DNA of 63,305 nucleotides, the filler included. It is 9 parts of 9 records of this genome, joined end to end, with 100 filler letters (N's around TTAATTAATTAA, not from the genome) between each part and the next. Parts side by side here need not be neighbours in the genome. Positions count along the whole stretch, not along the records: positions 1 to 8,849 come from SRR7504441_14038; positions 8,950 to 12,271 come from SRR7504441_14040; 7 more parts are not named here. One strand, 5' to 3'. Shown here one piece after another: positions 1 through 12,371 of this stretch. Position 1 is the stretch's first letter; the number at the start of each line of letters is the position of its first letter. The translations under genes were made by a program, and so were the position numbers. The notes beneath the pieces are model-generated. The model was not told where the DNA came from, made no database searches, and saw only the letters and a list, made by a program, of their open reading frames with translations.

Positions 1-107
1 TACTGGCCAGGGTGTTATCTCCGTCTACGAGTACGTAGTTGCCCACGATTGTCGGTGGGTCCAGTAAATTGTCTCGTAATCTAGGAAGCTCAGGTACCAA
101 GTAGAGC

Positions 108-1338
108 TCACTTTTTGGGTAAGTGCGGATCGCCCATTGGCCAGCCGCCGACTTCGCCACCCGCTAGTTGGTCGTACATAGGCGCCACGTATGGCGCTAG
201 CACGTGTGTCAGCTCGGGAGTCCGCTCATTTTTATGGTAGTAATCTGACCATCTGCCAAAAGCCACCGGGGCTAGCCCAGTTTCCGAGTCCCACAGCAGC
301 ATTGGCGCCCCCGGCAGCTCTGCGATCTGCATCGAGGCGTACCGTTGCTTCCACTCCGCTGGGTATCCTAGCGCAGCCTGACCGGCAGGCTCAGGTGCTC
401 GACTATCAGTGAGCAGCGCATGCCTGCACGTATCGCGTCGCCCCGAGCGTGCTATCCCAGCCAAAGTGCGTGCTGCACCGGCCGGTCAAGGCGCCCAACC
501 GGCCCAGGTACTGGCCAAACACGTGCAGGTCTGAGCCCAGCCTCTCCACCCTGTGCCCCAGGAATCGCGAGCCAACCGCCTTGTTTAGTACTGGCAGGAA
601 TAGAAACCGCTTCTCAGGGGTCTGCCGCCCGGCTCAGCCCGGCGGGAAGGCAACGGACCAGTTCGATCCTCGGCACAAAGTGCGAGAAGGAGATCAGAGT
701 CCGGCCCTCGCACTGGGCACGCAGCTGGTCCACTGGCTGGTTGAGTTGGTCCACTGCCTCGGCCACCGCATCCGAGCTCTGATCGAGCCCGTCCGGCCAG
801 CGGCAGCGCCAGTAGTCGCACATGGCCTGCTCGACCTCCGGGATCCCGCCCCAGCCGGTGATGTCCGGCTCGCTGTCGAACGACTGGTGGTGCCAGGAGA
901 GCAACGGGCACACCATCGCCCCGCCCGTGCCATCCGGCCGCTGACCGATCAGCTGGGCGGTGGTGTGCACCCCCTCCAGCCGGCAGATCTCTAAGAGCCC
1001 CTGCAGCCTGTCCATCGAGTCCTCCTTGCCCCCGGCCCGCTTGGGGGGAAGCCATAGGTCGTGCTGCCCCCAGGGCTAGGCCCGCCCCCCAGCCGGCCAT
1101 CTCACATTCCCCGGGGTGTAAAACACCTCGGCAAACTTGGCTTTGAGCACGTGCAGTGCCGCCCGAACCTTGACCGGATCTGACCCCGTCCGTCAGCCCA
1201 GCAGCGGCGGGGCGCAGCGCCGTGTGAGACGTCGCCGGCCACGATCAGCGCGTCGTCGGGCTGACCGGGCAGCTGCTCGACCCAGCTCATGTTCTGCGGC
1301 TCATCCACGTGGATGTCGCTGATGCTGTGCAGTCGCAT
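108..1338 (-). CDS. Calcineurin-like metallophosphoesterase, 6 exons
   Basis: Spliced model gives all five motifs: SDIHVD, AGDVSH, PGNHDLW, SFSHF, VFGHTH, then RYVQAALGYP. Introns at 1180-1220 (GC-AG), ~1064-1105, 622-658, 473-511 and 378-423 (GC-AG). Confidence 0.85.
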
Positions 1339-1596
1339 TGATGCTGTTCTGCTGCTGAGCCCTCGCAGGGATTTGGCCGTTGAAGGCTTGCATGACGACA
1401 ATTCATGCGTAGAATTATTAAAACGCGTCAAGCTTGGTGTCGATCTTATTATTCTACAATTTTAACTTGTGTCCTTGCATGGAGGAGGACACCATAGGCC
1501 GAACGTACGAATTCATGTATCTACAAATGACGACATCGCCAATAAAATGCTTGTTTGATTGCAATTGCAATACGAGTATACGTAGATTGGCAACAA

Positions 1597-4500
1597 CTAA
1601 CTAAGATGGAAGGAGAGGTGGCCCTCTTTGATTGCAGTCGTCAGCTTTTCTCGCATGACGTCCTTTGTACTATAATTCGGCAGCTTGAGGTAGTTAGTGC
1701 AGGTCATGACCGATGGCAAATAATCATCCGGAGTCCAGCCATTCTCAGGTGGCTTGAGGACAACTGTGAGGGGAGGATTCAACCCTCGTAGCCCATCGAC
1801 CGGAAGTTTGGGCGAGCCAGTAGCAAACCTCAGGAACAGCCTCTTCTCCGCTGGGCTCATCTCGTCTAGAATCTCAGCCAGATTGATGATTGCAGCCGAT
1901 TCTGGGTTGAATCCACGGTCACAGCGGATCTGCCAGACACCCACAGTCATGCAAGCGACCGACTAGACTAGCAGCAGTGTTGGGGCACCTGCTCGATGAA
2001 GGAGCTTGCATCCCAGAACTTGGAATCGCCACAAACTAGCGTGTCTATCTCGTCTTCACTGAAGCTGAGCAGACCGTCCAAAGGCATGATGTCCATAAAC
2101 CCACTACGGAAGGCTTCAACCTGCTGCTCAATCCCATCGTGGAGCAGCATCTGTGCGACAAGCCCAACATACTCCCCAATATTCTCAGCTGTGACCTCCC
2201 GATCGGATCCACCAGTTACCAACTCAATATCAGGCCGGCCAGGCATTGTGAAATCTAGGGCCAGATCCTCCACCTTTGCTCCATCCAGATTGATCGCTTC
2301 AACTGCAGCCTGCCTCTCCCCTGGATCCTCGATTTTTACAGCAGCGTCGTGCTGCATGCTGAGGCGGTGCATGCTTTGAAGCGAAGCTGCAAGCTGCTTG
2401 TCTACAGCGCTAATATCGCTCAAAGAGAGATGTCGCATGAGCACTGCCTTCCAAAACACAGGATTAAATGGCAAATCCACCAGCCTTCCATCCATCACCG
2501 CCTTGGCCACAAAGCGGCCGAGGAACTGGAACATTTGGACCTGCTCATCACAGCTCGTGCCAGGCAGCACGGTCTGCGGGAACATGCCGTCGCCAATCTG
2601 GACATACTCCTTGGCACCTTCTCTCGGGCCATCCCTAAAGTCGTGCTCTGTGGGCTCTTCGACCAATTCTGGAGTAATTCTGAGTGCATAAACCATCCCA
2701 TCCACTATCTCCTTGGTAAGAGCTGCAGGCACCTGCTTCAGCGGCACATTCTCACAGAGAGAAGAAGCGTGCTGCGTGACCGCACGGTACTCGTGCTCAT
2801 GCAACCGCCTTCCGGAAGCGGAATACATCTTACCATTTCTATTGATGGTCAATGTATGCTCTGTGCCAGGAAAGTTTACTGAGTGGCAGCAAGGACATTG
2901 CAGCACCATATGTTGCAATACTGCAACACCAGATGGGAAAGCCTTTGCTAGGTACTGCGCCTCGTCTTCGAAGATCACCCACCACAGCAGCTCCATTGAA
3001 TCCTCGCAGTTACAGCTCGGACAGTGGCAGTTAGCACGCACCTGAGGTTCTGTCGGCTCATGCGTGCAAGTAGCTGCCTTCCCTCCCTCGAGGGAGACAG
3101 TGAGCAGTTCCCCGGTGTGTGGAGACACAGGGAAAGCTGTGTGGTAGCACTGCTTGCAATGCAGCACTGCAACCCGGTGCACATCGTGCATATGCACATC
3201 CTCTGCTGGTGGGGTGTACACCAACTCACTCTCTTGGGTGCGGACGGGTTGTTGCTTGGCCGTCTCCGACTCATACCACATTGCTAAGTCTCTCCTTTGG
3301 ATCTCTCTGGATACCAGTGTGAAAAACTCCAAGGTCGGTCCAGTGCCTGTGCCAGCTTCTCCGCTGAACTCTACCTCCAAAACTGCCTTGTGCCCAGTGC
3401 ACAGCTCGAGCACCTTGACTGCTGACATCAAGATCCGCAGCCGCTGCACTCTGGCCTTCTGCCGCTGAATCCGACCAAGGCGGAACTCGGAACTGCCGGC
3501 AGTCCCATTCCCGCGCGGAGCGGGCGATCCGTGTCCATTCTCCGCCTGTTGGGCACGGTACTGCATTATGTGTAAGGCTCTTGAGATGCCGAGTGACGTG
3601 TACTGGAAGAATAGCCTCCGGCACTCAAACGGAAGCACAAATCCAGCACTTGATACGAGAGTGAGGCACCAAGGAGGTAGTCCTCCTGAACATAGCACCA
3701 GAGGATCTTGCAATTGCCTCATTAGCTTGTTAGTCAGCTTTGCAGAAACGAAGCTCTGCTGCGACAGCAGCCCAGTACTGGGGCCACCGCGTGTGTCGAT
3801 CCCTGCTGGGGCCACCTGTTGGAGGACTTGCTTACTGCAAAAGTGACTCCAAGATGAGCAAACCCAATTCAGGGTGCTGAGTAAATGAAGGGCGGCTGAA
3901 AGAAAGCCCCATTCTGCCGTGTTCGAGGAGGCCTCGCATATTTTAAGCAGTGCCTGCGCTGCCAGTACTGCCATACTGCAGTATACATCTGAGTTATTCT
4001 GCTGGGAGACCAGCTTTGTCCAAACTGGAGAAAGCGGTGACGAGATATCCTCTGGCTTATACACAGAGTATGTTATGACATGCACCTGCTCCCAGACTTT
4101 GTGCGAGATCTTGTGTTCCTCTTCGCCCTCTCCACTATTCTCTAGATGATTCTTTGTGGCTTCATAGATTGCCTGAAAGATTGTTGATTTGTGATTGAGC
4201 TGCTGTCCGTTCATCCGCAGTGTAAGCCGCTCGCCTCGAGGCGCTGCCTCGCCGAGGTCGCCATCCACCTCTTCAGCGTCCGGCTCGTGCACTTTCGACC
4301 AGAGGAACTCTTCCACTGCGGTGACAGTGGCAAGCGGCTCGATGAGCACCACGTTACTCGAATAGTCCTGGAGCGTCGTCTCGCTTTCTGATTGATCGCG
4401 TTTGAGGCACAGCTTGAATGGCTGGGTGAGCACTTTGAGTCCCACCGCCAAGTTAGTCACCGACGAGTGTAGCATCACACTGAAACTTTCGAGCTTGTCG

Positions 4501-6404
4501 ACACAGCCACTCAACAGCCGCACAAGCACAGCAATCGGCTGACTCGATGGCTCGTTGCCAGCGCCAGCGAGAGCACAGTCGAGCAGGCACTGTATTCTTG
4601 TGCTCAGGTCGTCGTGCATTGGGTCCAGGAACGAGAGTAGCGCCTCAGTGAGCTTGGAGCCTTGAAACTCAAACACAGAAACCCCGTCGCCTGTCACAAG
4701 CAGTCTGAAGATGTCCCTGAGCACTGGTGTCGCTTCGCCATCGATCTCGGAGCCGAGCGCACCAAAATCGAGCAGCTTCTCCGACAGTACGAGCAGCTTT
4801 GACAGCGTCTGGGTCTTAGTGATTGCGCCTGAGCTATCGAGTGAGGGCAGCACGTGTGTATTCCAGAACTGCGAAGCACACTTGCTGAGCATTTCGCACT
4901 GGTCCTCGTCGCCATCGAAATGCGTCCTGACTTGGTCAGCGGTGCGCATGGTGTGGATGGCGTCGATCACTCCCTCCCTGAGCAACTGGTGGTGGAACAC
5001 GACTGGCAATCGGTCCATCAGCACCGAGCACATCTGCAGCGCGGTCATGGCAACCGGCAGCTCGCCACTGGCAACGAGGTCAGCGCAGAAAGCAGAGAAC
5101 GGCATCCGGCCGAGCAGCGAGTCGAGCATTGGGGCGGTCATGTGGTAGATGATTGCGGAGATGGATGCGAGTGCCCTGTGCCGCACGTTGAGGGCCATGC
5201 TCTCGGCATATACCTGCAGCAGCAGCCCGAACAGCCTGTCGCCGTACGTGATCAGCAGGGCCGGGTGACGGTGAAAGAGCAGCGTCTTGGGGTGCATATC
5301 CCCATCGCACTGCTCTAAGTCCATCTCGCATTGCTCAGGGTCCTTCAGCACAAACTTTGCCATCGCAGGTGGCAGCGGCGGCAGCAGCTCGTAACACAGC
5401 CGGAGGATCTCAGCGAGCTGGTCCGACGGTCGGGCTGCGATCTTAACCGGCTCGTCCTCCTCGCCGGGGCCCGAGCTGCCTCGGACCGACAGGATGCTGT
5501 GGAGCATGTCAATCATGCCACTGTTGATGACGGCCTGCACTGTGTCGGCCGAGTGCCGGCAGTGGACCGCCAGGATCTGGATCAACATCGTGAAGCTGGC
5601 CGGCCGGTGCGCTGCCACGGAGACGTTCTCGCGAGCAGTCATCACCTCCAGCACTCGTGTGAGCAGCCCGTGTGCGCTGATCGCTCCCAAGTCGTCCTCC
5701 GAGTTCTTAAAAGAGCGCGAGAGCGCGTGGAAGCAGGATATGGCGCTGTCGACAATCCGGCTGTCTTGGTAGGTGAGCGCGTTGCTCAGCACAGGCACAG
5801 TCTCCACCACCAGCTCGCACCCATTTGGCGGGACTGAGTGACACACGTTGGCGGCCAGGTTGAGCGCGACGCACTGCAGCCCAGTGGAGAAGAACTCGAG
5901 GAAGGCCAGGGCCGCCGTGAGCCCGCCCGACTGCAGAATCGGGGGCGCGTGGTCACGGCTCAGCCGCTCGAGGCACTCGAGGGCTTGCTCGGCCACGTCC
6001 ATGTACTCGATGCAGAGCAGCTTGGAGACCAGAATCGGGACCGCGCCCCGATGCACCAGCACCTCGCCGGCAGCCGGCAGCACCTCGATCAGGTTGGTCA
6101 GGCTCCGGGCGGCGAGCAGCATGATGTTCGGGTTGGAATCGTGCCCGAGGAGCTCCACCAGAACCGGCACAAACTGGTCCACGCTGAAGGCGATCATCGA
6201 CTCGTCGGTGGCCATCGAGAGCATGTTGCACAGTTCGGTGAGTCCCCCGATGGTGCGCGAGTCGTCGCCCGACTTGAGATCGGCCAGCAACGAGCGCATC
6301 CTCGGGAAACCAGTGCCGGCGATCAGATTGTCCAGCCCGGCGCTCAGTTTGCGCAGAATCCCTTGAAGAGCCGCGGGGTGGTCGCCCTCACCTCCGTCCT
6401 CCAT
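1597..6404 (-). CDS. TRIP12: HECT E3 ubiquitin ligase of the TRIP12/Ufd4/UPL3 family (ARM repeats + HECT)
   Basis: N-terminal ARM region (LTELCNMLSM, EYMDVAEQAL), KLTNKLMRQLQDPL, EFSGEAGTGTGPTLEFF, and C-terminal LPSVMTCTNYLKLP...FHLS with the catalytic Cys. GT-AG intron 1930-1988 joins ORF 1968..6419 to ORF 1597..1950. Start codon uncertain. Confidence 0.93.
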
Positions 6405-6620
6405 CTCGCTCGTCGGCACGCCCGCTCCTCACGCAGAGATCATGCGTCCCCGGCTGGTCGCGCCGGTCAATCAGCCGCTCAGCAGCCAAGTGGCGCTGAG
6501 TGCCAATGAGGGATCGGGTAATAAAAAAAATCGATAATCGGTAAATCCCTCCGAGGCAGACCGACAGACCGAGGGCTCATCAGTGTGGAGCGGTCACGCG
6601 GCTGAAGCTGTGACCGCTCC

Positions 6621-8192
6621 ATGAGCCCGGTAGGCTGCGATGATGCCCAGCAGCTCCTGACGGCACCCCAGCCGACCTCTACTGCTGCCGAGCCCTCGGA
6701 GTGGCAGGGCGGCTGCTGCCCTGCTAGCGCCCTGCTGGTGCTAGTGTGCGCACTGGCCTGGGCAGGGTCGGTGGGCTGGACTGGTGCACTGTTCGGTGCG
6801 TGGCCAGCGGCGGCAGTTGGAGCTGGACTCGGACTAGCCGTTGGGATACTCTTCCTGATACCAGACGAGAGCCAATTCAGTGCAGCCCGATTGGTCCCGG
6901 GGCTGTGGCGGCGTGCGGGGCCCGAGGAGCTATTCTTCCTGGATGGGCTGCGTGGACTAGCGGTGCTCTGGGTGATTGCCTTCCATTCGCTAGCTCAAGT
7001 TGTGCCCTATTTTGACGACGGCCGTGCCAGCAGCGCCAGTTTGCTAAGGCTGGTCCCTTTCCAGATCATCGCCAACGGTGACATGGGCGTCGATGCCTTC
7101 TTCGTTCTCTCCGGCTTCCTGATCGCCCACCTCGGGCTGCGCGAGATGGCTAAGTTTGGATCGGTAAACTTCTGCCGGTTTTATAAGCGACGGTGGCTCC
7201 GAATATTCCCAGCCTATGCAGCGGCCATAGTACTGACTCGGTGGTTCCAGTACGAGCCCGGGGAAGCCGTCGGCGCTGTGGAGCCTTCAGCCGCGTTGCG
7301 GGAGGACTGCCGCAAGTGGTGGTACATGAACCTTCTGTTCATCAACAATTTCCAGAATTACGTGGATGCCGATTCAGGCTATTGTCTGGCCCAGTCGTGG
7401 AGCATCTCGACCGAGTTTCAGTTCTATCTACTGACCCCACCGTTGGTGCTGCTGTTGGGAGCTAGTCTGCGCCCAGTGGTGCGAGAGACTAGCCTGCTGA
7501 GTGCAAAGATGGCCGAGCGACTAGGGTTGCTGCTGATGGGATGCATGGCAGTGTTCACATTGGTGTACAGAGCCATGCTTGAGGTGCACTATGACGGGGG
7601 AGGCGACTTTGAAAACATAGCTAACGACAAAATTTACACCCGGTGGGTTCCGTACCTGGCTGGGATGGTCAGTGCGTTGTGCTACAACAAACGGACAGCG
7701 CTCAACTACTTTGTAGCCAATGCTCCCATAGGCACGAGTGTACTTGCAAGTATTTGTGCGCTTGTCCTCGCTGTGGCCACGTTTTTGGGAAACGGGGGAG
7801 TGCCGCTGGATGAGCGGAGCGGTCCCATATGGAGCTGGATCAGGAGTCCTGATGAGCTTAGGCGCGGGCTCCTAATTGCAGCACAGTCTGTATTTGGGAC
7901 GTCACTGGCTGTGTTCGTAGCATTTCTCTTTCTTGGTCAGTTTAACTGGGTGCGATGGGGCCTGTCATCGGTAGTTTGGGTGCCAATAGCAAGGTTATCC
8001 TACTCTGCCTATCTTCTACAGTTCTTTGTGCTCACCCCAAGCTACACTTGGTTCCCATCGGATGCCAATGATTCAGCTGGGGCTGTGGCAAGCCAGTGCT
8101 TTGGGCTGACGTGGGTCACAATCCTTGTGACCTTTTCATTGTCGTTCTTCTTCTTCATTTTAATCGAGCAACCGTTTATGCTGTTGAGATGA
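6621..8192 (+). CDS. Acyltransferase-3 family (OafA/NRF-6-like) multi-pass O-acyltransferase
   Basis: Motifs LDGLRGLA..WVIAFH, GVDAFFVLSGFL, RRWLRIFP, WSISTEFQFY and RLSYSAYL; many hydrophobic segments; single 523-aa ORF. Confidence 0.9.
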   Translation: MSPVGCDDAQQLLTAPQPTSTAAEPSEWQGGCCPASALLVLVCALAWAGSVGWTGALFGAWPAAAVGAGLGLAVGILFLIPDESQFSAARLVPGLWRRAGPEELFFLDGLRGLAVLWVIAFHSLAQVVPYFDDGRASSASLLRLVPFQIIANGDMGVDAFFVLSGFLIAHLGLREMAKFGSVNFCRFYKRRWLRIFPAYAAAIVLTRWFQYEPGEAVGAVEPSAALREDCRKWWYMNLLFINNFQNYVDADSGYCLAQSWSISTEFQFYLLTPPLVLLLGASLRPVVRETSLLSAKMAERLGLLLMGCMAVFTLVYRAMLEVHYDGGGDFENIANDKIYTRWVPYLAGMVSALCYNKRTALNYFVANAPIGTSVLASICALVLAVATFLGNGGVPLDERSGPIWSWIRSPDELRRGLLIAAQSVFGTSLAVFVAFLFLGQFNWVRWGLSSVVWVPIARLSYSAYLLQFFVLTPSYTWFPSDANDSAGAVASQCFGLTWVTILVTFSLSFFFFILIEQPFMLLR

Positions 8193-8476
8193 CTGATCCG
8201 TGATGAGCCACGTGCACAAGCTCAAGCCGGGTGATAGAGGTCTAGATGATACTAGAGCAAGGTGAATAAATCGAAAACTTTAATTAAGAAAACGTGAAAT
8301 AATCGAGAATAGACCGTCTTACTGTAGAGGCTAGGAGAACGTGGGCCCACCGGCTGATGCTGATACGCACTCCAGTGTACGAGTGCAGCAGCTGTATGCA
8401 TTCGTGAGATCAATACAAGATCAATCGTATACGCCGAGGAAGTATTAAATATAAAGTTCGTACTCACACAAAAAGC

Positions 8477-8849
8477 TTATGCAAGCCTATCGAGTGCGGT
8501 TCTAGCCATCGGGGGTGGGGGCGGGAGCTGCTCTTGTTCGGAAGGTGCTTGATCGTCGACCACTGAGCCGGAAGTACCTGGCGCTGGCCCGAGCAGTCCC
8601 TCTGTGCGGGCGAAGCTAACCAACTGCGCCTGAAAGCTCCTGTTGCAAAGGAAGAACGATCCACGCCGTTGCCGGCAGTGGCGCACAGTCTCGAGCACTG
8701 GGCTGCGCTGGCGGAGCATTAGCTCGGCCGCTATAATCAGTCCACTCCGATTGAGCCCAGCCACGCAGTGCACCAAGCACCGGCCGGACTGTGCGAAGGA
8801 CTGCGCGATGAACCGGCGCGAGTCCTCCAGGTGCTTGGCTAGCATCGGG
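8477..8849 (-). CDS. Dual-specificity protein phosphatase (5'-truncated at contig edge)
   Basis: CX5R active-site loop LVHCVAGLNRSG followed by N.SF..QL. Confidence 0.88.
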
Positions 8850-8949
8850 NNNNNNNNNNNNNNNNNNNNNNNNNNNNNNNNNNNNNNNNNNNNTTAATTA
8901 ATTAANNNNNNNNNNNNNNNNNNNNNNNNNNNNNNNNNNNNNNNNNNNN
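8850..8949. other. Artificial contig-joining linker
   Basis: N44-TTAATTAATTAA-N44; the 12-mer has stops in all six frames and the linker recurs eight times. Confidence 0.98.
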
Positions 8950-9051
8950 GAAACGAGAAATCGGGAATTCGCAAGGCTGAATTATAATAATTGCTTGCCG
9001 TTAATACACGTTTCTCACTGTAGCCGACCGGTACCGGTCTCGGCACACACC

Positions 9052-10236
9052 ATGATCAAGCTGGTGGCTGCGCTCTTGCTGCTGCTCGGAGTAACGCAGG
9101 CGGCGCCGACAGTCCAATACACCGGGATCTCAGACGGGTACGTGCCTGCTCCCAACCGGGAGGCCGCAGCCGACGACCCAGCCTTGATGCAAGGTTACAA
9201 GCTGATGGAAGCCTTCAAAAACGACGACGCCAAGTGCCTCGACGGCACGCCGGGCCAGTACTACCACCGCCCGGGCACCGGGTCCGGAGCCCACAAGTGG
9301 TACATCCACCAGGAGGGCGGGGGCTGGTGCGAGTCGCTCGAGGCATGCCTGGGCCGCTCAAAGACCAACCTGGGCTCGTCCAAAGCCTACAGCGCAACCG
9401 TCTCTATGAACTCGGGGTACTTCTCGATGGACCCCGCGATCAACCCGATGATGCACAATTGGAACTCGGTCTACTTCAAGTATTGCGACGGCAATTCCTT
9501 CAGCGGATCCAACAGCAGCACGACGGTGGTCCAAGGCACCACGCTCCACTGGCGGGGCAAGCACATCCTGCTCGGCGGGATCGCAGACATGCTCGCGCAC
9601 CGCGGGCTGGCCGCCGCAACGGAAGTTGTGGTCTCCGGCTGCTCGGCGGGCGGGCTGGCGACCTTCTTGCACTGCGATACCTGGTCGGAGCTTATCCTAA
9701 CCGAGGGTGCCGGCGGGGCAAAGGTGGCGTGCATGCCGGACAGCGGGCTGTTCATGGACTACGAGGGCCCGCCGCACTACCACTCCGGGATGACCTGGGC
9801 CTTCCATCAGCAGAACTCTTCCTCAGGCGTGGACTACACCTGTGTCAACGGGGGGGCTAATGAGCAGCCCGAGCAGCCTGTGTCAAACTGCATGTTCGCG
9901 CAGCACACGATGCGGCATGTCTCGACCCCGCTGTTTCCTTTGCAGAGCAAGTTCGATTCGTGGCAGACAAGCAACGACCTGGGCAGTGCAGACGTGGCAG
10001 CGATCAATGAGTATGGAGCCAATCTGAGCTCTGTGGTATTGGTCGATCTGCTCTCAAGCAAGCAACACGGGATATTCCTGGACGCGTGCCACCACCACTG
10101 TGGCGAGTGGGGCTCGATCAAGATCCACGGCGACACGCAGGCGAGTGCGCTGAGCAAGTGGTTTTATGGCAACGGGAGCCAGAACAAATGGATTCAATCC
10201 AATCCCTACCCGTGCGATGCCTGCTGCAAGCCGTGA
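9052..10236 (+). CDS. Secreted pectin acetylesterase / Notum family hydrolase
   Basis: Signal peptide MIKLVAALLLLLGVTQA; CLDGTPG, EGGGWC, YCDGNSF, GCSAGG nucleophile motif, FDSWQ, CHHHC. Confidence 0.92.
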   Translation: MIKLVAALLLLLGVTQAAPTVQYTGISDGYVPAPNREAAADDPALMQGYKLMEAFKNDDAKCLDGTPGQYYHRPGTGSGAHKWYIHQEGGGWCESLEACLGRSKTNLGSSKAYSATVSMNSGYFSMDPAINPMMHNWNSVYFKYCDGNSFSGSNSSTTVVQGTTLHWRGKHILLGGIADMLAHRGLAAATEVVVSGCSAGGLATFLHCDTWSELILTEGAGGAKVACMPDSGLFMDYEGPPHYHSGMTWAFHQQNSSSGVDYTCVNGGANEQPEQPVSNCMFAQHTMRHVSTPLFPLQSKFDSWQTSNDLGSADVAAINEYGANLSSVVLVDLLSSKQHGIFLDACHHHCGEWGSIKIHGDTQASALSKWFYGNGSQNKWIQSNPYPCDACCKP

Positions 10237-10362
10237 GCGGACAACGAGAGCCACAGGTATGCATCTGTGAGCCTGCCTCGCCCGAGTGTGCTGATTTGCG
10301 TCGAGCTGGCCAGCTGTGCTGCACATTTGGACCCATGTCAGACGGATCCTATCTTGATTACA

Positions 10363-10419
10363 TTGAGATTAACAAATTATAACATCTTGAGATTATCTTG
10401 AGATTAACAAATTATAACA
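10363..10419. repeat. Short direct duplication (22 bp x2) in convergent intergenic spacer
   Basis: TTGAGATTAACAAATTATAACA at 10363-10384 and 10398-10419. Confidence 0.8.
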
Positions 10420-10610
10420 ACATGAATGTCCGTCAAGTAAATTTATACACTTCTAACCAAACCACCTCACAAATCACCTCACATTGACTAGAGCTCTCTA
10501 AGAGCTCTCGGTTGGAACAATTGTGGTTCGATTCAATGCTCAATACATGATTGTACATGTATAATTTGATCAAGACTCTACTCTGTTTGTTTGCTCACGT
10601 GCGTCGGTCA

Positions 10611-12271
10611 TTATTTGCACTTGCAGTAGTGCATACGGTGGCCCGAAGGAATGGTTTGACAATGAATTGTCTGTTGCATGAACTCGTTGCCAGCTTTCCA
10701 GCCAGGTCCCGGGCAGCACAATTTTCCCTCGGCAGCCCACCAACCTTTCCACTTGCCGAATGCTTGTAGCGGCTGGTGATCGGCGTTGACCGTAGCACCG
10801 GGGCCGGTACCGGTCACGATTCCTTCATTCTGACAAGCCTCTTTTGTGAGAGGCTTGTCGAGCTTCTTCAAAGTCTCCACCTGCTCCTCTGCTGCCACGA
10901 GTTTCTTGTAGCATTCCGACAACTCGAAAGCCGGACACGGTTGACTGTCAAACTTGTAGTGGAAACAATATTTGAGATCTTTCCTTGTATTCTCGAGCTC
11001 TTTCCTTCGATTCTCGAGTTGGCTTGCAGAAAACTTGGTGTTTTGGGGCTCTCCGACAACAACCCAGGGCTGAAAGATACTTGGGTGTATGAAGTAGGGC
11101 TGGACCTTCACCAGGTTGTAACTAGCTGGATCGTTAATTGCATTCGTAGACAACTCCTTCAATTCATCGAGATCCTTAACGACACTCCTGTATTTATCCT
11201 GCGCTCTTTCGCGGCATTCTGCCTCCTCCGGAGACTGCGTGCAGGTTCCGTCTAGATCCGAGTAGTATGTCGTCCAGACCTTGAATGGCGCGGCCACCCT
11301 GTGAGCCATAAAGTTCTGGTAAATATTTTCCCATCCCTTGAAGTCTGTGGCAGTGGGCTTGAACCCGGCTGCACCAGAATTGCTCTTCACCCCAAATTGA
11401 ATCGCCGAGAAATCCTTGCTCGTGGCCTTCAGGTTCCTCTCGAACGAACTTCCGAACGATGCGGACGCGGATCCACTGAGTTTGCCTTTGCTAGCATTCA
11501 CACCCACCTCACCCTCGAACTTGGCGCGGGCGCCCGCATCAGTGAAAGTGTGCCTCACTGTCAGCAGGAGAAAACTCATCTTTTCCACATCAGCGACAAA
11601 GCACATGCCCTGCTTCTTGAAGAAGTCGAAAGGCGCCGATTTGCACTGGTTGAGTTTATCGTTCTTGAACCGGAAGGAGTTGGTCTTGTGTCCAGTGGAG
11701 CATTTCACCTCAATATTATAGTATGCAGTCTTTTGGGCGTGGTCGTTCCCAGCCGAACCAGAGAGGCTGAGCGACCCGCCCACCGATCCGGCGTTCACCC
11801 CGGTCTTCTTGCCGCCGACCCCGAGGCTCGCGCTGCCTTCCGCAGAGAAGCTGCCGTGCGATGCAGCAGCCGTCTTGGAAACATCGGTGGTGACGAACCG
11901 TCGTTCGGTGCAGGCTGGCTTGTCGGTGTGGGACTCGTGGCGGAGCGGCTCTACAGCGTAATCCGCGTTTACTTTGAACCCCTTGTGGGCATCGAAGCCC
12001 TGTCCGAGTTGGATCCCACCTGTTGCCGTCATGCCGTGCTGCCCGAAGTTCTTCACCACGCTGACTTCGCCCCCGCAGGAGCCGTCAAAATACAGCTCGG
12101 TGGGCTCTGCCTCTGGCAGGTCGGCGCCCTCGACGCCAGCAGCAGATAGCTGAACGATCGCGGCATTGTCGATACTACTGAAGTCCATGGCGCTGTGCGA
12201 GGCACGGGTGAGCCCACTGGCAAGCGCGGGGAACGCACCTGGGAGTGGAGTGGTAGGAGGAGATGCCGACG
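10611..12271 (-). CDS. Divergent MACPF/perforin-like protein with helical and Cys-rich C-terminus (5'-truncated)
   Basis: LGQGFD N-terminal motif, two Ser/Gly/Ala-rich alternating segments, and a degenerate signature FFKKQGMCFVADVE. A GT-AG intron at ~12193-12238 extends the frame to the contig edge. Confidence 0.5.
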
Positions 12272-12371
12272 NNNNNNNNNNNNNNNNNNNNNNNNNNNNN
12301 NNNNNNNNNNNNNNNTTAATTAATTAANNNNNNNNNNNNNNNNNNNNNNNNNNNNNNNNNNNNNNNNNNNN
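12272..12371. other. Artificial contig-joining linker
   Basis: N-run / TTAATTAATTAA / N-run, 100 bp. Confidence 0.98.
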
